From an uncultured Deinococcaceae bacterium (GTDB taxonomy: Bacteria; Deinococcota; Deinococci; Deinococcales; Deinococcaceae), in NCBI GenBank assembly GCA_964252075.1, contig CAXULY010000001.1, positions 337,237 to 401,236 on the forward strand: DNA of 64,000 nt, given 5' to 3'. The notes under the pieces were generated by a model. That model was not told where the DNA came from and did not search any database. It worked only from the letters and a program-made list of their open reading frames with translations. Below, piece by piece: positions 19,689-31,519 of the stretch (the first letter of the stretch is position 1; every line of letters begins with the position of its first letter). Made by a program: the position numbers and the translations under genes.

Positions 19689-20906
19689 TCAGTCGTGAAC
19701 GAGTTCGATGCCGGGCAATTCATCCACCGGGAGCCCCCAGGCATTCATGGCGTCGATGAAGGGGTCCGGGTCAAACTCCTCGACGTTGTAGACGCCCGGC
19801 TTGAACCAGGTTTTCTGCAGCATGAGCATCGCGCCGATCATGGCGGGCACGCCCGTGGTGTAGCTGACACCCTGTGCCTGCACTTCGCGGTAGGTGGCGG
19901 CGTGATCGCAGACGTTGTACACGAAGTGCACCTTCGGCTGGCCGTCCTGGCCGATGCCGCGCGCCTGCACCCCAATGCAGGTCTGACCGGTGTAGTTCTC
20001 CGCGAGGCTTTCGGGGGCGGGCAGCACGGCTTTCAGAAACTCCAGCGGGATGATCTGCTGACCCTGGAAGTTCACGGGCGTGATGCTGGTCATGCCGATT
20101 GCTTCCAGCACGCTGAGGTGCTTGATGTAGCTCTCCCCGAAGGTCATCCAGAAGCGCGCGCGCCGGATGGTCGGGTAGTTCTGGACGAGGGATTCGAGTT
20201 CCTCGTGGTACAGCACGAAGCTTTTGCGCGTGGTGACCTTCGGGTAGTAGATGTCCTGGCTGATCTCCAGCGGTTGCGTCTCGACCCACTGGCCGTTCTC
20301 CCAGTAGCGCCCGTTCGCGGTGATCTCGCGGATGTTGATTTCCGGGTTGAAGTTCGTGGCGAAGGCCTTGCCGTGGTTGCCGTTGTTGCAGTCCACAATG
20401 TCCAGGTACTGGATTTCCTGGAAGTGGTGCTTGGCGTGGTGCGCGGTGAAGACGTTGGTGGCGCCGGGGTCGAAGCCGCAGCCGAGGAGCGCCATGAGGC
20501 CCGCCTGCTCGAAGCGCTCGCGGTACGCCCACTGCCAGGAGTACTCGAACTTCGCCACGTCGCGCGGCTCGTAGTTCGCGGTGTCGAGGTAGTGCACGCC
20601 CGCCTCGAGGCAGGCGTCCATGATGGTGAGGTCTTGGTACGGCAGCGCGACGTTGATGACGAGTTCCGGCTGGAACTCCCTGAAGAGCTTCACGAGTTGC
20701 GGCACGTCGTCGGCGTCCACGCTGACGGTCGTGAAGACCGCCTTGCTGTCCGGCATGTGCTCCTTTATTTCGGCGACGATCTTGTCCGCTTTGCTGACGG
20801 TGCGCGTGGCGAGCAGCACCTCGGTGAACACGCTGTCGTTCTGCGCGCACTTCTTGGCGACCACGTTGCCCACGCCGCCCGCGCCGATGATGATGACCTT
20901 GCTCAT
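19689..20906 (-). CDS. Carboxynorspermidine synthase/dehydrogenase (saccharopine dehydrogenase family)
   Basis: IIGAGGVG, NVALPYQDL, YLDTANYE, GCGFDPG, FATNFNPEINIRE, SYTTGVPAMIG; TACACT 7 nt before ATG. Confidence 0.93.
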   Translation of the reverse strand: MSKVIIIGAGGVGNVVAKKCAQNDSVFTEVLLATRTVSKADKIVAEIKEHMPDSKAVFTTVSVDADDVPQLVKLFREFQPELVINVALPYQDLTIMDACLEAGVHYLDTANYEPRDVAKFEYSWQWAYRERFEQAGLMALLGCGFDPGATNVFTAHHAKHHFQEIQYLDIVDCNNGNHGKAFATNFNPEINIREITANGRYWENGQWVETQPLEISQDIYYPKVTTRKSFVLYHEELESLVQNYPTIRRARFWMTFGESYIKHLSVLEAIGMTSITPVNFQGQQIIPLEFLKAVLPAPESLAENYTGQTCIGVQARGIGQDGQPKVHFVYNVCDHAATYREVQAQGVSYTTGVPAMIGAMLMLQKTWFKPGVYNVEEFDPDPFIDAMNAWGLPVDELPGIELVHD

Positions 20907-20975
20907 GGGGCAGAGTGTATCAAGTGAGGGTGGGCGCCCGGTCAGCCTGCGGGGGTGGGCGCTACACTGCCCCGC

Positions 20976-21662
20976 GTGACCGCAGACGCCGCATCCGCCC
21001 TCGCGCAGCTGGAGGCCGAGGTGATTCACTGCACCGCCTGCCCGCGCCTCGTGGCGTGGCGGGAGCGGGTGGCGCGCGAGAAGCGCGCGGCGTACCGGAA
21101 CGAGACCTACTGGGGGCGGCCCGTGCCGGGCTTCGGGGACCCGAACGCGCGCCTGGTCATTCTGGGCCTCGCGCCGGGCGCGCACGGCAGCAACCGCACG
21201 GGCCGGGTGTTCACGGGGGATGACAGTGGGCACTTCCTGTACGCGGCCCTGTACCGAGCGGGGTTCGCGAGCCAGCCGAAGAGCGTGTCGCGGGACGACG
21301 GCATGGTGCTCACGGATTGCCGCATCTGCTCGCCCGTGCGGTGCGCCCCGCCCGACAACAAGCCCACCCCGGAGGAGTTCCGCACGTGCCGCCCGTGGTT
21401 CGAGGCGGAACTGGCCCTGCTGCCGAAGCGCCGCGTGACGCTCGCGCAGGGCCACCTCGCGCACGCGGCGTTCCTGCGCTCCATGGGCCTCAAGCCCTCT
21501 GCATACCCCTTTGCGCACGGCGCGGAGCACCTGTTGCCGGACGGCACGTGGCTGCTGTGCGCGTATCACGTGTCGCGTCAGAACACGCAGACGGGCCGCC
21601 TGACGCCCGCCCTGTTCGATGCGGTGCTGGCGCGGGCGCGCGAGCTGATCGAGCGGGACTGA
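20976..21662 (+). CDS. udgB: Uracil-DNA glycosylase family 5 (UdgB, Fe-S)
   Basis: CTACPRL, PVPGFGD, GLAPGAHGSNRTGRVFTGD, RCAPPDNKP, YHVSRQNT. Confidence 0.9.
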   Translation: MTADAASALAQLEAEVIHCTACPRLVAWRERVAREKRAAYRNETYWGRPVPGFGDPNARLVILGLAPGAHGSNRTGRVFTGDDSGHFLYAALYRAGFASQPKSVSRDDGMVLTDCRICSPVRCAPPDNKPTPEEFRTCRPWFEAELALLPKRRVTLAQGHLAHAAFLRSMGLKPSAYPFAHGAEHLLPDGTWLLCAYHVSRQNTQTGRLTPALFDAVLARARELIERD

Positions 21663-21791
21663 CGCACCAGGCCCTCACGAGACCAGAATTTACTCTCAGC
21701 ACGCCCGGGTTGCCTGTGGGCGCCGCGCAGCCTGAGACCGGCGCGCGGGCTTCACTTCAGCGTGACCTGCGCGGCGCACAATGGCGGGCAG

Positions 21792-22310
21792 ATGCGCCCC
21801 CACCTCCGATTCGCCCTGCTGCTCGTGCTGGCGCTGCTGTCCGGCTGCCGCTACGTGGGACCCGTGCAGCCGGGCCAGAACACCACGGTGTTCCTCGGCG
21901 TGCGCGTCACCTTCGACCTGAAGGACCGCCACGCGTTCCTGTTCTGCCCGCCGGACCGCATCGGGTGCAGCATCCCGCTGGGCGGGGTGTGCGTGGTGCA
22001 GCTGGATCAGGCGTACTTCGCGCGGGCCGACCAGCGCCAGCGCACGCTGCTGGTCGGGCACGAGCTGGGGCACTGCGTGGACCTGTACCGCCTGGGCCTC
22101 TCGCACGGCGGCTTCACCGATCAGGGCAAACGCTGGGGCGTGTACTGGAGCGTGCCGGGCGAGGGCTTCGCGGAGGCGTACGGGCGCGCGTACCTAAACC
22201 GCTGCGGCGCGGACCTGGATTCCCTGGGCTGGATGGGCGCGCACGGCGCCTGCCTGCCCCCGGATCCCCGCAACGTGACGCCTGAACTCATTCAGCGCCT
22301 GAAGCTGTAG
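21792..22310 (+). CDS. Small lipoprotein, putative zincin metalloprotease
   Basis: LLSGC lipobox; GHELGH; downstream EGFAE. Confidence 0.7.
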   Translation: MRPHLRFALLLVLALLSGCRYVGPVQPGQNTTVFLGVRVTFDLKDRHAFLFCPPDRIGCSIPLGGVCVVQLDQAYFARADQRQRTLLVGHELGHCVDLYRLGLSHGGFTDQGKRWGVYWSVPGEGFAEAYGRAYLNRCGADLDSLGWMGAHGACLPPDPRNVTPELIQRLKL

Positions 22311-22364
22311 GGCGTTCAGACAGCCGCCCCGTGCCGGGCAGCGGCACGCCGTAGCCTGAGCGGC

Positions 22365-23708
<1,344 letters not shown>

Positions 23709-23902
23709 GGACAGACGTGAACCAGCGCCAACAGGGCCAGCCCGCAAGGGCCTCGGCTGCTGGCCTCCACCCCTGCCCTGCGAGGTCCCTCTGACGAACA
23801 TACGGTGCAACAGACGGTGTTGGGGCCTCAGGCGCCGCAGCGTCCCTCGTGCCTTTAGCTCACTCACCACGCCATTTCATCCCGCCACGCTCTACTGAGG
23901 GC

Positions 23903-24991
23903 ATGCATTTCAAAACCCTGCTGGCGCTGGGCGCCCTGTCGTGCGGTGTGGCTGCGGCCGCGCCGGACGTGAGCGCCTTCAAGCTGCCTGATGGCTTCAA
24001 GGTGAGCGTGTACCAGAGTGGCTTCGACCGACCGCGCTTCATGGGGGTCAGTGGCGACGACGTGTTCGTGTCAGACACGGGCTCGGGGAAGGTGTACGTC
24101 CTTCCGGACCGCAACCGGGACGGCAAGCCGGACGGCATGCAGACCTTCGCGAGCGGCCTGAACCAGCCGCACGGCCTGGCGTTCCACGGGTACCTGTACG
24201 TGGCGAACACGGACAGCGTGGTGCGCTTCAAGTACAAGGCGGGCGACACGAAGGCGTCCGGCGCGCCGGAGAAGCTCGTGAGCCTCCCAGCGGGCGGGGG
24301 GCACAGCACGCGCACGGTGGTGTTCGGTCCGGACAACCGCATGTACGTGTCGGCGGGGTCGAGCTGCAACGTGTGCGAGGAGTCCGACCCGAAGCGCGCG
24401 GCCATCTGGGTGTACGACGCGGACGGCAAGAATGGAAAGGCCTTCGCGACCGGCCTGCGCAACGCGGTGGGGCTGGAGTGGTTCCAGAATCAGCTGTACT
24501 CCACGAACAACGGGCGGGATCAACTGGGGGACAACATTCCGCCGGAAGGCTTCTACAAGCCGAAGCAGGGGTCGTTCTTCGGGTGGCCGTACTGCTACAC
24601 CCCGCAGGCGGGTCAGGCGCAGGTGTTCGACAAGGACTTCGGGCGCAAGGATGCGAGCGTGTGCAAGAACGCCACGCCGGCCTTCGCGACCATGACGGCG
24701 CACAGCGCGCCCTTGGGTCTGGCGTTCTACACCGGGAAGAGCTTCCCCGCCACCTACCAGGGGAAGATGTTCGTGGCGCTGCACGGGTCGTGGAACCGCA
24801 GTGAGAAGAGCGGGTACAAAGTCGTGATGGCGGACCCGCAGACCGGGAAGGTCACGGACTTCATGACGGGCTTCCTGCAGGGGCAGAGCGTGAACGGGCG
24901 GCCCGTGGACCTGCAGGTCACGCCGGATGGGGCGCTGCTCCTCACGGACGACGACAACGGCGTCATTTACCGCATCACCTACGGCGGCTAG
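23903..24991 (+). CDS. Secreted PQQ-dependent glucose/sorbosone dehydrogenase family protein
   Basis: Signal peptide; [39 protein letters not shown]. Confidence 0.88.
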   Translation: MHFKTLLALGALSCGVAAAAPDVSAFKLPDGFKVSVYQSGFDRPRFMGVSGDDVFVSDTGSGKVYVLPDRNRDGKPDGMQTFASGLNQPHGLAFHGYLYVANTDSVVRFKYKAGDTKASGAPEKLVSLPAGGGHSTRTVVFGPDNRMYVSAGSSCNVCEESDPKRAAIWVYDADGKNGKAFATGLRNAVGLEWFQNQLYSTNNGRDQLGDNIPPEGFYKPKQGSFFGWPYCYTPQAGQAQVFDKDFGRKDASVCKNATPAFATMTAHSAPLGLAFYTGKSFPATYQGKMFVALHGSWNRSEKSGYKVVMADPQTGKVTDFMTGFLQGQSVNGRPVDLQVTPDGALLLTDDDNGVIYRITYGG

Positions 24992-25052
24992 GGGGCCTTG
25001 TGTGGGGTGGGCGCGCACGGGCGCCCGCCCCGTCCCGTATCGTGTGCGGGAC

Positions 25053-25928
<876 letters not shown>

Positions 25929-25933
25929 CCGCC

Positions 25934-26533
25934 GTGCGACCGACCGCGCCCTCCCCTGCCGCGCGCCTGCGGACGGCCATCGTGACGGTCCTGGGGTTCC
26001 TGGCGGTCATGTGGGGCGAGGAGGGCCTGGATGAGCTGGCGTTCGGGGGTCGCCTGGACCTGCTGGGCATCCTGCCACGCAGCGAGGTGGGGTTGCGCGG
26101 CATTCTCTTCGAGCCGTTCCTGCACGCGGATTTCGCGCACCTCATCTCGAACACCGTGCCGTTCGCGGTGCTGGCGTTCATCATTGTGCTGCGCGGCGCG
26201 CGGCGCTTCTGGGCGGTGACGCTCACCGTGATGCTGCTGGGGGGCTTCGCGGTGTGGCTGTTCGCTCCGGCGGGCACGCTGCACATCGGCGCGAGCGGGC
26301 TGGTGTTCGGGTACCTGGGGTACCTCGTGGCGGCGGGGTGGTTCGAGCGGGACACGCTGGGCATCCTGGTGGGCGTGGCGGTGCTGGCGCTGTACGGCGG
26401 GGTGCTGTGGGGGGTGCTGCCCCTCTCGCCGGGCGTGTCGTGGCAGAGCCACCTGTTCGGGCTGCTGGCGGGCGTGCTGGCGGCGCGCTGGTTCTCGCGG
26501 CGCCGCGCGGCCCGAAGTACACTCGGCCCATGA
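25934..26533 (+). CDS. Rhomboid-family intramembrane serine protease
   Basis: PFLHADFAHLISN, HIGASGLVFG, SWQSHLFG. Confidence 0.9.
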   Translation: MRPTAPSPAARLRTAIVTVLGFLAVMWGEEGLDELAFGGRLDLLGILPRSEVGLRGILFEPFLHADFAHLISNTVPFAVLAFIIVLRGARRFWAVTLTVMLLGGFAVWLFAPAGTLHIGASGLVFGYLGYLVAAGWFERDTLGILVGVAVLALYGGVLWGVLPLSPGVSWQSHLFGLLAGVLAARWFSRRRAARSTLGP

Positions 26534-27027
26534 CTGCCCTTGTGGACCCCGCCCTGCTGGACAGCATGGGTGACACCCCGGAGGCCGCCGCCGAGCGGTT
26601 GCAACACGAAGTTCAGACGTTCGAGTCGGTGGCGCGCGCGCGCGCGGACTGGTTCGAGCCGCGCGCGGGGGGCGCGTGGAGTCCCGCGCAACTCACGGAG
26701 CACGTGCTGCTCGCGAACGCGTCGTTCGCGAAGGTGGTGCACCTGCTGGGCAGCGGGCGGGACCTGCCGGACGTGCCGCGCGCGCCGAGCACCATGCAGA
26801 ACGGCCGGATTGTCGCGCCCGCGTTTCTGGTGCCGGGGCCGGGCGTGGCGTGGGAGGAGCTGGAGGCGCGCTGGCGGGACGTGCACGCGCGCTTCGTGGC
26901 GGCCGCGGCGCACCCGGCGGACCTCACGCGGACCTTCTGGCACCCGAGCTTCGGTGAGCTGAACGCCTTCGGCTGGACGCGGGCCGCCGCGTGGCACACC
27001 CGGCACCACCGCAGGCAGCTGGCGTGA
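26530..27027 (+). CDS. DinB-family protein
   Basis: WSPAQLTEHV, HPSFGEL, HTRHHRRQL; ATGA overlap and its own TACACT box. Confidence 0.85.
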   Translation: MTALVDPALLDSMGDTPEAAAERLQHEVQTFESVARARADWFEPRAGGAWSPAQLTEHVLLANASFAKVVHLLGSGRDLPDVPRAPSTMQNGRIVAPAFLVPGPGVAWEELEARWRDVHARFVAAAAHPADLTRTFWHPSFGELNAFGWTRAAAWHTRHHRRQLA

Positions 27028-27383
27028 CGGGCCCCGAGCGCGGCTTCATGCTGGACATCCACGTGAGTTTCCGGGAGGCCCTCGCGCCAGAGGTGGCGCG
27101 CGAGGTGCTGCGCCCCTGGAACCTGCGGGTGGAGCTGTACGGGCCGTCGGAGGTGCGCGGCGCGCGCCTGACGGGGCAGCTGGAGCGCGAGGTGCTGGGT
27201 GAGCTGCTGGGCGCGGGCCTGCTGGGCGGCCCCCTGCGCGCGGTGGAGGTGGGGCGGCGCGGCTTCCTGCGCAGCGAGGACGGGCGCCTGGAGTGGATGC
27301 CGTGGCGGCGCAACGTCGTGGCGCCGCGGGAGCAGGCGCGCAGCCTGGAACTCGCGGACGGCGTGCGCTACGTGCTGGAGTGA
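27024..27383 (+). CDS. Hypothetical protein
   Basis: GTGA overlap with the DinB stop; GC3-rich codons; EWMPWRRNVV. Confidence 0.7.
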   Translation: MTGPERGFMLDIHVSFREALAPEVAREVLRPWNLRVELYGPSEVRGARLTGQLEREVLGELLGAGLLGGPLRAVEVGRRGFLRSEDGRLEWMPWRRNVVAPREQARSLELADGVRYVLE

Positions 27384-27441
27384 CGCGCCGCGCCGCAAAG
27401 CTGCTGGGCGCGCGCCAGGACGGACTGTACACTGCGCGGGT

Positions 27442-28191
27442 ATGCGCGCCCTGACGTGTGAGGCCTGCACCGCGGCGGGTACGCTGCCGCCCTTCAGCAT
27501 GGCCTTCCAGCCCATCGTGGATGTCGGGCGCCGCGAGGTGTTCGCGTACGAGGCGCTGGTGCGCGGCCCGAACGGCGAGGGGGCCGCGTGGGTGCTGGAG
27601 CAGGTGGAGGGCGCGGCGCGCTACCGGTTCGATCAGGCGTGCCGCGTGATGGCGCTGCGCCTCGCGGCGCGCCTGGGACTTAGGGAGCGGCTTTCCATCA
27701 ATTTCATGCCGGACGCGGTGTACGAGCCGCGCGCCTGCATCCGCATGACGCTCGCCACGGCGCGCGAGGTGGGGTTCGCGCCGCAGCGCCTGATGTTCGA
27801 GGTGGTGGAGTCCGAGCGCCCGCGCGACCCGCAGCACCTGCAGCGCATCTTCACGGAGTACCGGCGGCTGGGGTTCCTGACGGCGCTCGATGACTTCGGG
27901 ATGGGGCACGCCACGCCGGAACTCGCGGGGCAGCTGCGGCCCGACGTGCTGAAACTCGACCGCGAGCGGGTGGCGGGCGTTGACACCGACCCAGAGCGGC
28001 GCGCGGCCGTAGCGGAGGTCGTGGCTTTCGCGGCGCGGCTGGGGACACGGGTGGTGGGTGAGGGTGTGGAGACGCCCGGGGAGGCCCGCGCGCTGCGCGC
28101 GCTCGGCATCACGCTGATGCAGGGATACCTGTTCGCGCCGCCCGGCTTTGAGGCGCTGCCGACGGTTCTGGACGCCACATATCTCAGCTGA
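27442..28191 (+). CDS. Stand-alone EAL c-di-GMP phosphodiesterase
   Basis: FQPIVD, YEALVRG, SINF, ALDDFG, LKLD, EGVET, MQGYLF. Confidence 0.9.
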   Translation: MRALTCEACTAAGTLPPFSMAFQPIVDVGRREVFAYEALVRGPNGEGAAWVLEQVEGAARYRFDQACRVMALRLAARLGLRERLSINFMPDAVYEPRACIRMTLATAREVGFAPQRLMFEVVESERPRDPQHLQRIFTEYRRLGFLTALDDFGMGHATPELAGQLRPDVLKLDRERVAGVDTDPERRAAVAEVVAFAARLGTRVVGEGVETPGEARALRALGITLMQGYLFAPPGFEALPTVLDATYLS

Positions 28192-28237
28192 GGACGCAGT
28201 GAGGTTTCTGTGAGGGACGGGCGGTTACGCTGGCCGA

Positions 28238-29347
28238 GTGCTGAACGAACTGCTGACCATTCTCGTGCAGGCGGGCGCGTCTGACATCCACCTGCGCGTC
28301 GGGGACCCGCCGTGCTTCCGCAAGACGGGGCGCATCCAGCGGCTGGAGTCGCCGCCCATGACGCGCGCGAACATCCGCGACATGCTGACCGAGATGCTGC
28401 CGGACTCCATCACGCTCGACGACTTCGAGCGCGACATGGAGGCGGACTTCGCGTACGCCGTGGACGGCGTGGCGCGTTTCCGCGTGAACGCCTTCCTGCA
28501 GCGCGGCTCGATCGGGCTGGTCATGCGCGTCATCAAGTTCAGCATCCCGAATTTCGATAACCTCGGCCTGCCTTCGGGCGTCATGCATCACCTCGCGGAG
28601 CAGGAGCGCGGCCTGATCCTCGTGACGGGCCCCACGGGCAGCGGCAAGAGCACCACCCTCGCGAGCCTGATTGACTTCATCAACAGCCACGACGACCTGA
28701 ACATCATCACGATTGAGGACCCCATCGAGATCCTGCACCCGAACAAGCGCAGCATCATCGCGCAGCGGGAGCTCGGGGCGGACACCAAGACCTTCGCGAA
28801 GGCGCTGCGCGCCGCGATGCGTCAGGACCCGGACGTCATCCTGATCGGCGAGATGCGCGACAAGGAAACGGTGGAGGCCGCGCTGAGCGCCGCCCAGACG
28901 GGGCACCTGGTGCTCAGCACGCTGCATACGCAGGACGCGGTGCGCAGCGTGAACCGCATCATTGATTTCTTCCAGCCGCACGAGCGCGACCAGATCCGCC
29001 TGGGCCTCGCGGAGTCGCTGGTGGGGATCCTCTCGCAGCGCCTGCTGCCGCGCAAGAACGGCGGGCGCGTGGCGGGCCTGGAAATCCTGCTGGGCACGCC
29101 GCTCGTGCGCGAGCACGTGAAGGACGAGGAGAAGACGCCCCTGATCCGCGAGGCGATGGCGGAGGGCACGGCCATCGGGATGCAGACCTTCGAGCAGCAC
29201 CTCGTGCAGATGGTGCGCGACGAGGTGATCCGCTACCAGGACGCCCTGCTGTCCGCGACGAGCCCCACGGACCTCAAGACGCTCCTGATGCGCGCGGGGC
29301 TCAGCGAGCGCGAACTGCTGGCGCGCGACGACCAGGCCGCCGACTGA
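28238..29347 (+). CDS. pilT: PilT/PilU-family pilus retraction ATPase
   Basis: GASDIHL, GPTGSGKST, TIEDPIE, RQDPDVILIGEMRD, TGHLVLSTLH, GMQTF. Confidence 0.88.
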   Translation: MLNELLTILVQAGASDIHLRVGDPPCFRKTGRIQRLESPPMTRANIRDMLTEMLPDSITLDDFERDMEADFAYAVDGVARFRVNAFLQRGSIGLVMRVIKFSIPNFDNLGLPSGVMHHLAEQERGLILVTGPTGSGKSTTLASLIDFINSHDDLNIITIEDPIEILHPNKRSIIAQRELGADTKTFAKALRAAMRQDPDVILIGEMRDKETVEAALSAAQTGHLVLSTLHTQDAVRSVNRIIDFFQPHERDQIRLGLAESLVGILSQRLLPRKNGGRVAGLEILLGTPLVREHVKDEEKTPLIREAMAEGTAIGMQTFEQHLVQMVRDEVIRYQDALLSATSPTDLKTLLMRAGLSERELLARDDQAAD

Positions 29348-29358
29348 CACGCCCGTTC

Positions 29359-29400
29359 AGGCGGCCCCAGCGCGAGCGCTGGGGCCGCCTCTTTAATTTT
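29359..29400 (+). terminator. Intrinsic terminator
   Basis: AGGCGGCCCCAGCGC-ga-GCGCTGGGGCCGCCT followed by CTTTAATTTT. Confidence 0.8.
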
Positions 29401-29450
29401 CTGGAGGCTGAAGCTTCAGGCTTGCTGAAGGTGGTGGGCGGCGGCGCGCC

Positions 29451-29479
29451 TTGACGCGCTGCGGCGCGCTTGTTACGGT
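29451..29479 (+). promoter_or_regulatory. Sigma70 promoter of the GH55-like gene
   Basis: TTGACG-N17-TACGGT with an extended TG. Confidence 0.6.
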
Positions 29480-29548
29480 GTCGGTGCTTTTACAACCCAC
29501 TTGGCGAGCCGCGCCCAGATGGCGCGGCGCCCGTTTCACCGACCGTGA

Positions 29549-29562
29549 TTTTAGCGCTACAG
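29549..29562. promoter_or_regulatory. LacI-type operator candidate
   Basis: TTTTAGCGCTACAG with palindromic core TAGCGCTA in the 5' leader. Confidence 0.45.
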
Positions 29563-29605
29563 TAATGGTTTCCCTCGCGCCATGCGCGGTTCAGAAAGGA
29601 CACCC

Positions 29606-31477
29606 ATGACCCACCGAGTCCCCCTCACCTCCTTCACGCGGGCGTTGCGCGCGGGCAGCCTGCTCGGCGCCCTCACGCTCGCCCTCGCGGCCTGCGGGCA
29701 GAGCGGCGTCCCGACCGGCACCGCCAGCCCTGACCTCGCCGCCCAGACGGCCGAGCGCACGAGCGACCTCGGCCCGAACGTGCTGGTTTTCGACCCCAGC
29801 ATGCCCACCGCGGACATCCAGGCGAAGGTGGACGCCATCGCGAAGGTGCAGGTGCCGAACCAGTTCGGCTCGGAGCGCTACGCCCTGCTGTTCAAGCCCG
29901 GCACCTACGGCAGCGCCGAGCACCCCCTCATCATCAACGTCGGGTACTACACCGAAGTTGCCGGCCTGGGCAGTTCACCGAACGATGTGGTCATCAATGG
30001 GCACGTGGACGTGTACAACCAGTGCCTGGACGGGGGCGGCACGTCGAACTGCACGGCGCTCGTGAACTTCTGGCGCTCGGCATCGAACCTGACCATCAAC
30101 GTCGTGGGCGGGGACGGCTGCCGCGCCACCGCGAACTTCTGGGCGGTGTCGCAGGCGGCCCCCATGCGCCGCGTGGACGTGCGGGGCGGCACCCTGAGCT
30201 TCATGGATTACTGCACGGCAGGGCCGCAGTACGCGAGCGGCGGCTTCATGGCGGACTCCCGCGCGGGTGGAATCGTAAACGGGAGCCAGCAGCAGTTCCT
30301 CACGCGCAACAGCAGCATCGGCAATTGGTCGAACGCGGTGTGGAATCAGGTGTTCGCGGGCGTGGAGGGCGCTCCGACACAGAGCTTCCCGAACCCGCCC
30401 TATACCACGCTGGACGTGAACCCCGTCAGCCGCGAGAAGCCTTACCTCACGCTGGACGCGCAGGGGCGCCTTGCGGTGTTCGTGCCTGACGCACGCACCA
30501 ACACGCGCGGCATCACGTGGGCGTCGGGCGGCACGCCGGGCCGCAGCGTGCCCATTACGGAGTTCTTCGTGGCGCGCCCCACGGACAGCGCGAAGGACAT
30601 CAATCGGGAACTCGCGCGCGGCCAGAACGTGCTCCTCACGCCCGGCGTCTACCGCGTGGACCAGACCCTCCACATCAAGCGCCCCGGCACCGTCGTGCTG
30701 GGCCTGGGCGTCGCGACCCTCACGCCGCAGAACGGAGTGGTGCCGATGGTCGTGGAGGACCGCGCGGAAGGCACGGACATCGCGGGCGTGATGTTCGACG
30801 CGGGCCCCGTGAACTCCCCCATGCTCCTGCAGGTCGGTGACCGTCACGAGCGCGGCCACGGGCACCACAAGGGCGGCAATCAACCCACCGCGCTGCACGA
30901 CGTGTTCTTCCGCATCGGCGGCGCGCAGCTCGGGAAGGCCACCACCAGCCTCGAGGTAAACGCAGACGGCGCGCTGCTGGACGACATCTGGGCGTGGCGT
31001 GCGGACCACGGCGAGGGCGTCGGCTGGACGCAGAACACCGCGGACCACGGCGTGATCGTGAACGGCGACGACGTGACCGCCACCGGCCTGTTCGTGGAGC
31101 ATTACCAGAAGGAAGAGGTCGTGTGGAACGGCGAGCGAGGCCGCACCATCTTCTTCCAGAACGAGATGCCGTACGACCCGCCCAACCAGGCGGCGTGGCG
31201 GCGCAAGGGCGAGAACGGGTACCCCGCCTACGTGGTCGCGCCGAGCGTGCGCGCGCACGAGGGCTGGGGGCTCGGCAGCTACATCTACACGAACGTGGAC
31301 CCCTCCATTCACGCGGCGCGCGGCTTCGCGGTGCCTGTCACGCCCGGCGTGCGCCTGCACGACCTGCTGACGGTGGAACTGGGTGCGGGCACCATTGATC
31401 ACGTGGTGAACGACACGGGCGCGCCCGTGACGAGCGCTGCGGTCGGCACGCCCAGCACCGTCACCACCTACCCGTAA
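29606..31477 (+). CDS. GH55-like exo-beta-1,3-glucanase lipoprotein
   Basis: LALAAC lipobox; LGPNVLVFDPSM, NFWRS, WAVSQAAPMRR, ASGG, SQQQ, SREKPY, WAWRADHG, GLFVEHY, FFQNEMPYD. Confidence 0.8.
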   Translation: MTHRVPLTSFTRALRAGSLLGALTLALAACGQSGVPTGTASPDLAAQTAERTSDLGPNVLVFDPSMPTADIQAKVDAIAKVQVPNQFGSERYALLFKPGTYGSAEHPLIINVGYYTEVAGLGSSPNDVVINGHVDVYNQCLDGGGTSNCTALVNFWRSASNLTINVVGGDGCRATANFWAVSQAAPMRRVDVRGGTLSFMDYCTAGPQYASGGFMADSRAGGIVNGSQQQFLTRNSSIGNWSNAVWNQVFAGVEGAPTQSFPNPPYTTLDVNPVSREKPYLTLDAQGRLAVFVPDARTNTRGITWASGGTPGRSVPITEFFVARPTDSAKDINRELARGQNVLLTPGVYRVDQTLHIKRPGTVVLGLGVATLTPQNGVVPMVVEDRAEGTDIAGVMFDAGPVNSPMLLQVGDRHERGHGHHKGGNQPTALHDVFFRIGGAQLGKATTSLEVNADGALLDDIWAWRADHGEGVGWTQNTADHGVIVNGDDVTATGLFVEHYQKEEVVWNGERGRTIFFQNEMPYDPPNQAAWRRKGENGYPAYVVAPSVRAHEGWGLGSYIYTNVDPSIHAARGFAVPVTPGVRLHDLLTVELGAGTIDHVVNDTGAPVTSAAVGTPSTVTTYP

Positions 31478-31519
31478 CAGCGTGCGGGAGGGCCAGGGGC
31501 GCGGCCCCTGGCCCTCCCG

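Noticed and set aside
21715..21780. 11-bp inverted repeat enclosing CTGAGA (TPP riboswitch-like)
   Set aside because: Lacks the CCUGAU...UAAU...GCG.AGGGA half, and the downstream gene is unrelated to thiamine.
23794..23830. CTGACGA resembling a hammerhead ribozyme core
   Set aside because: No downstream GAAA or matching stems I-III.
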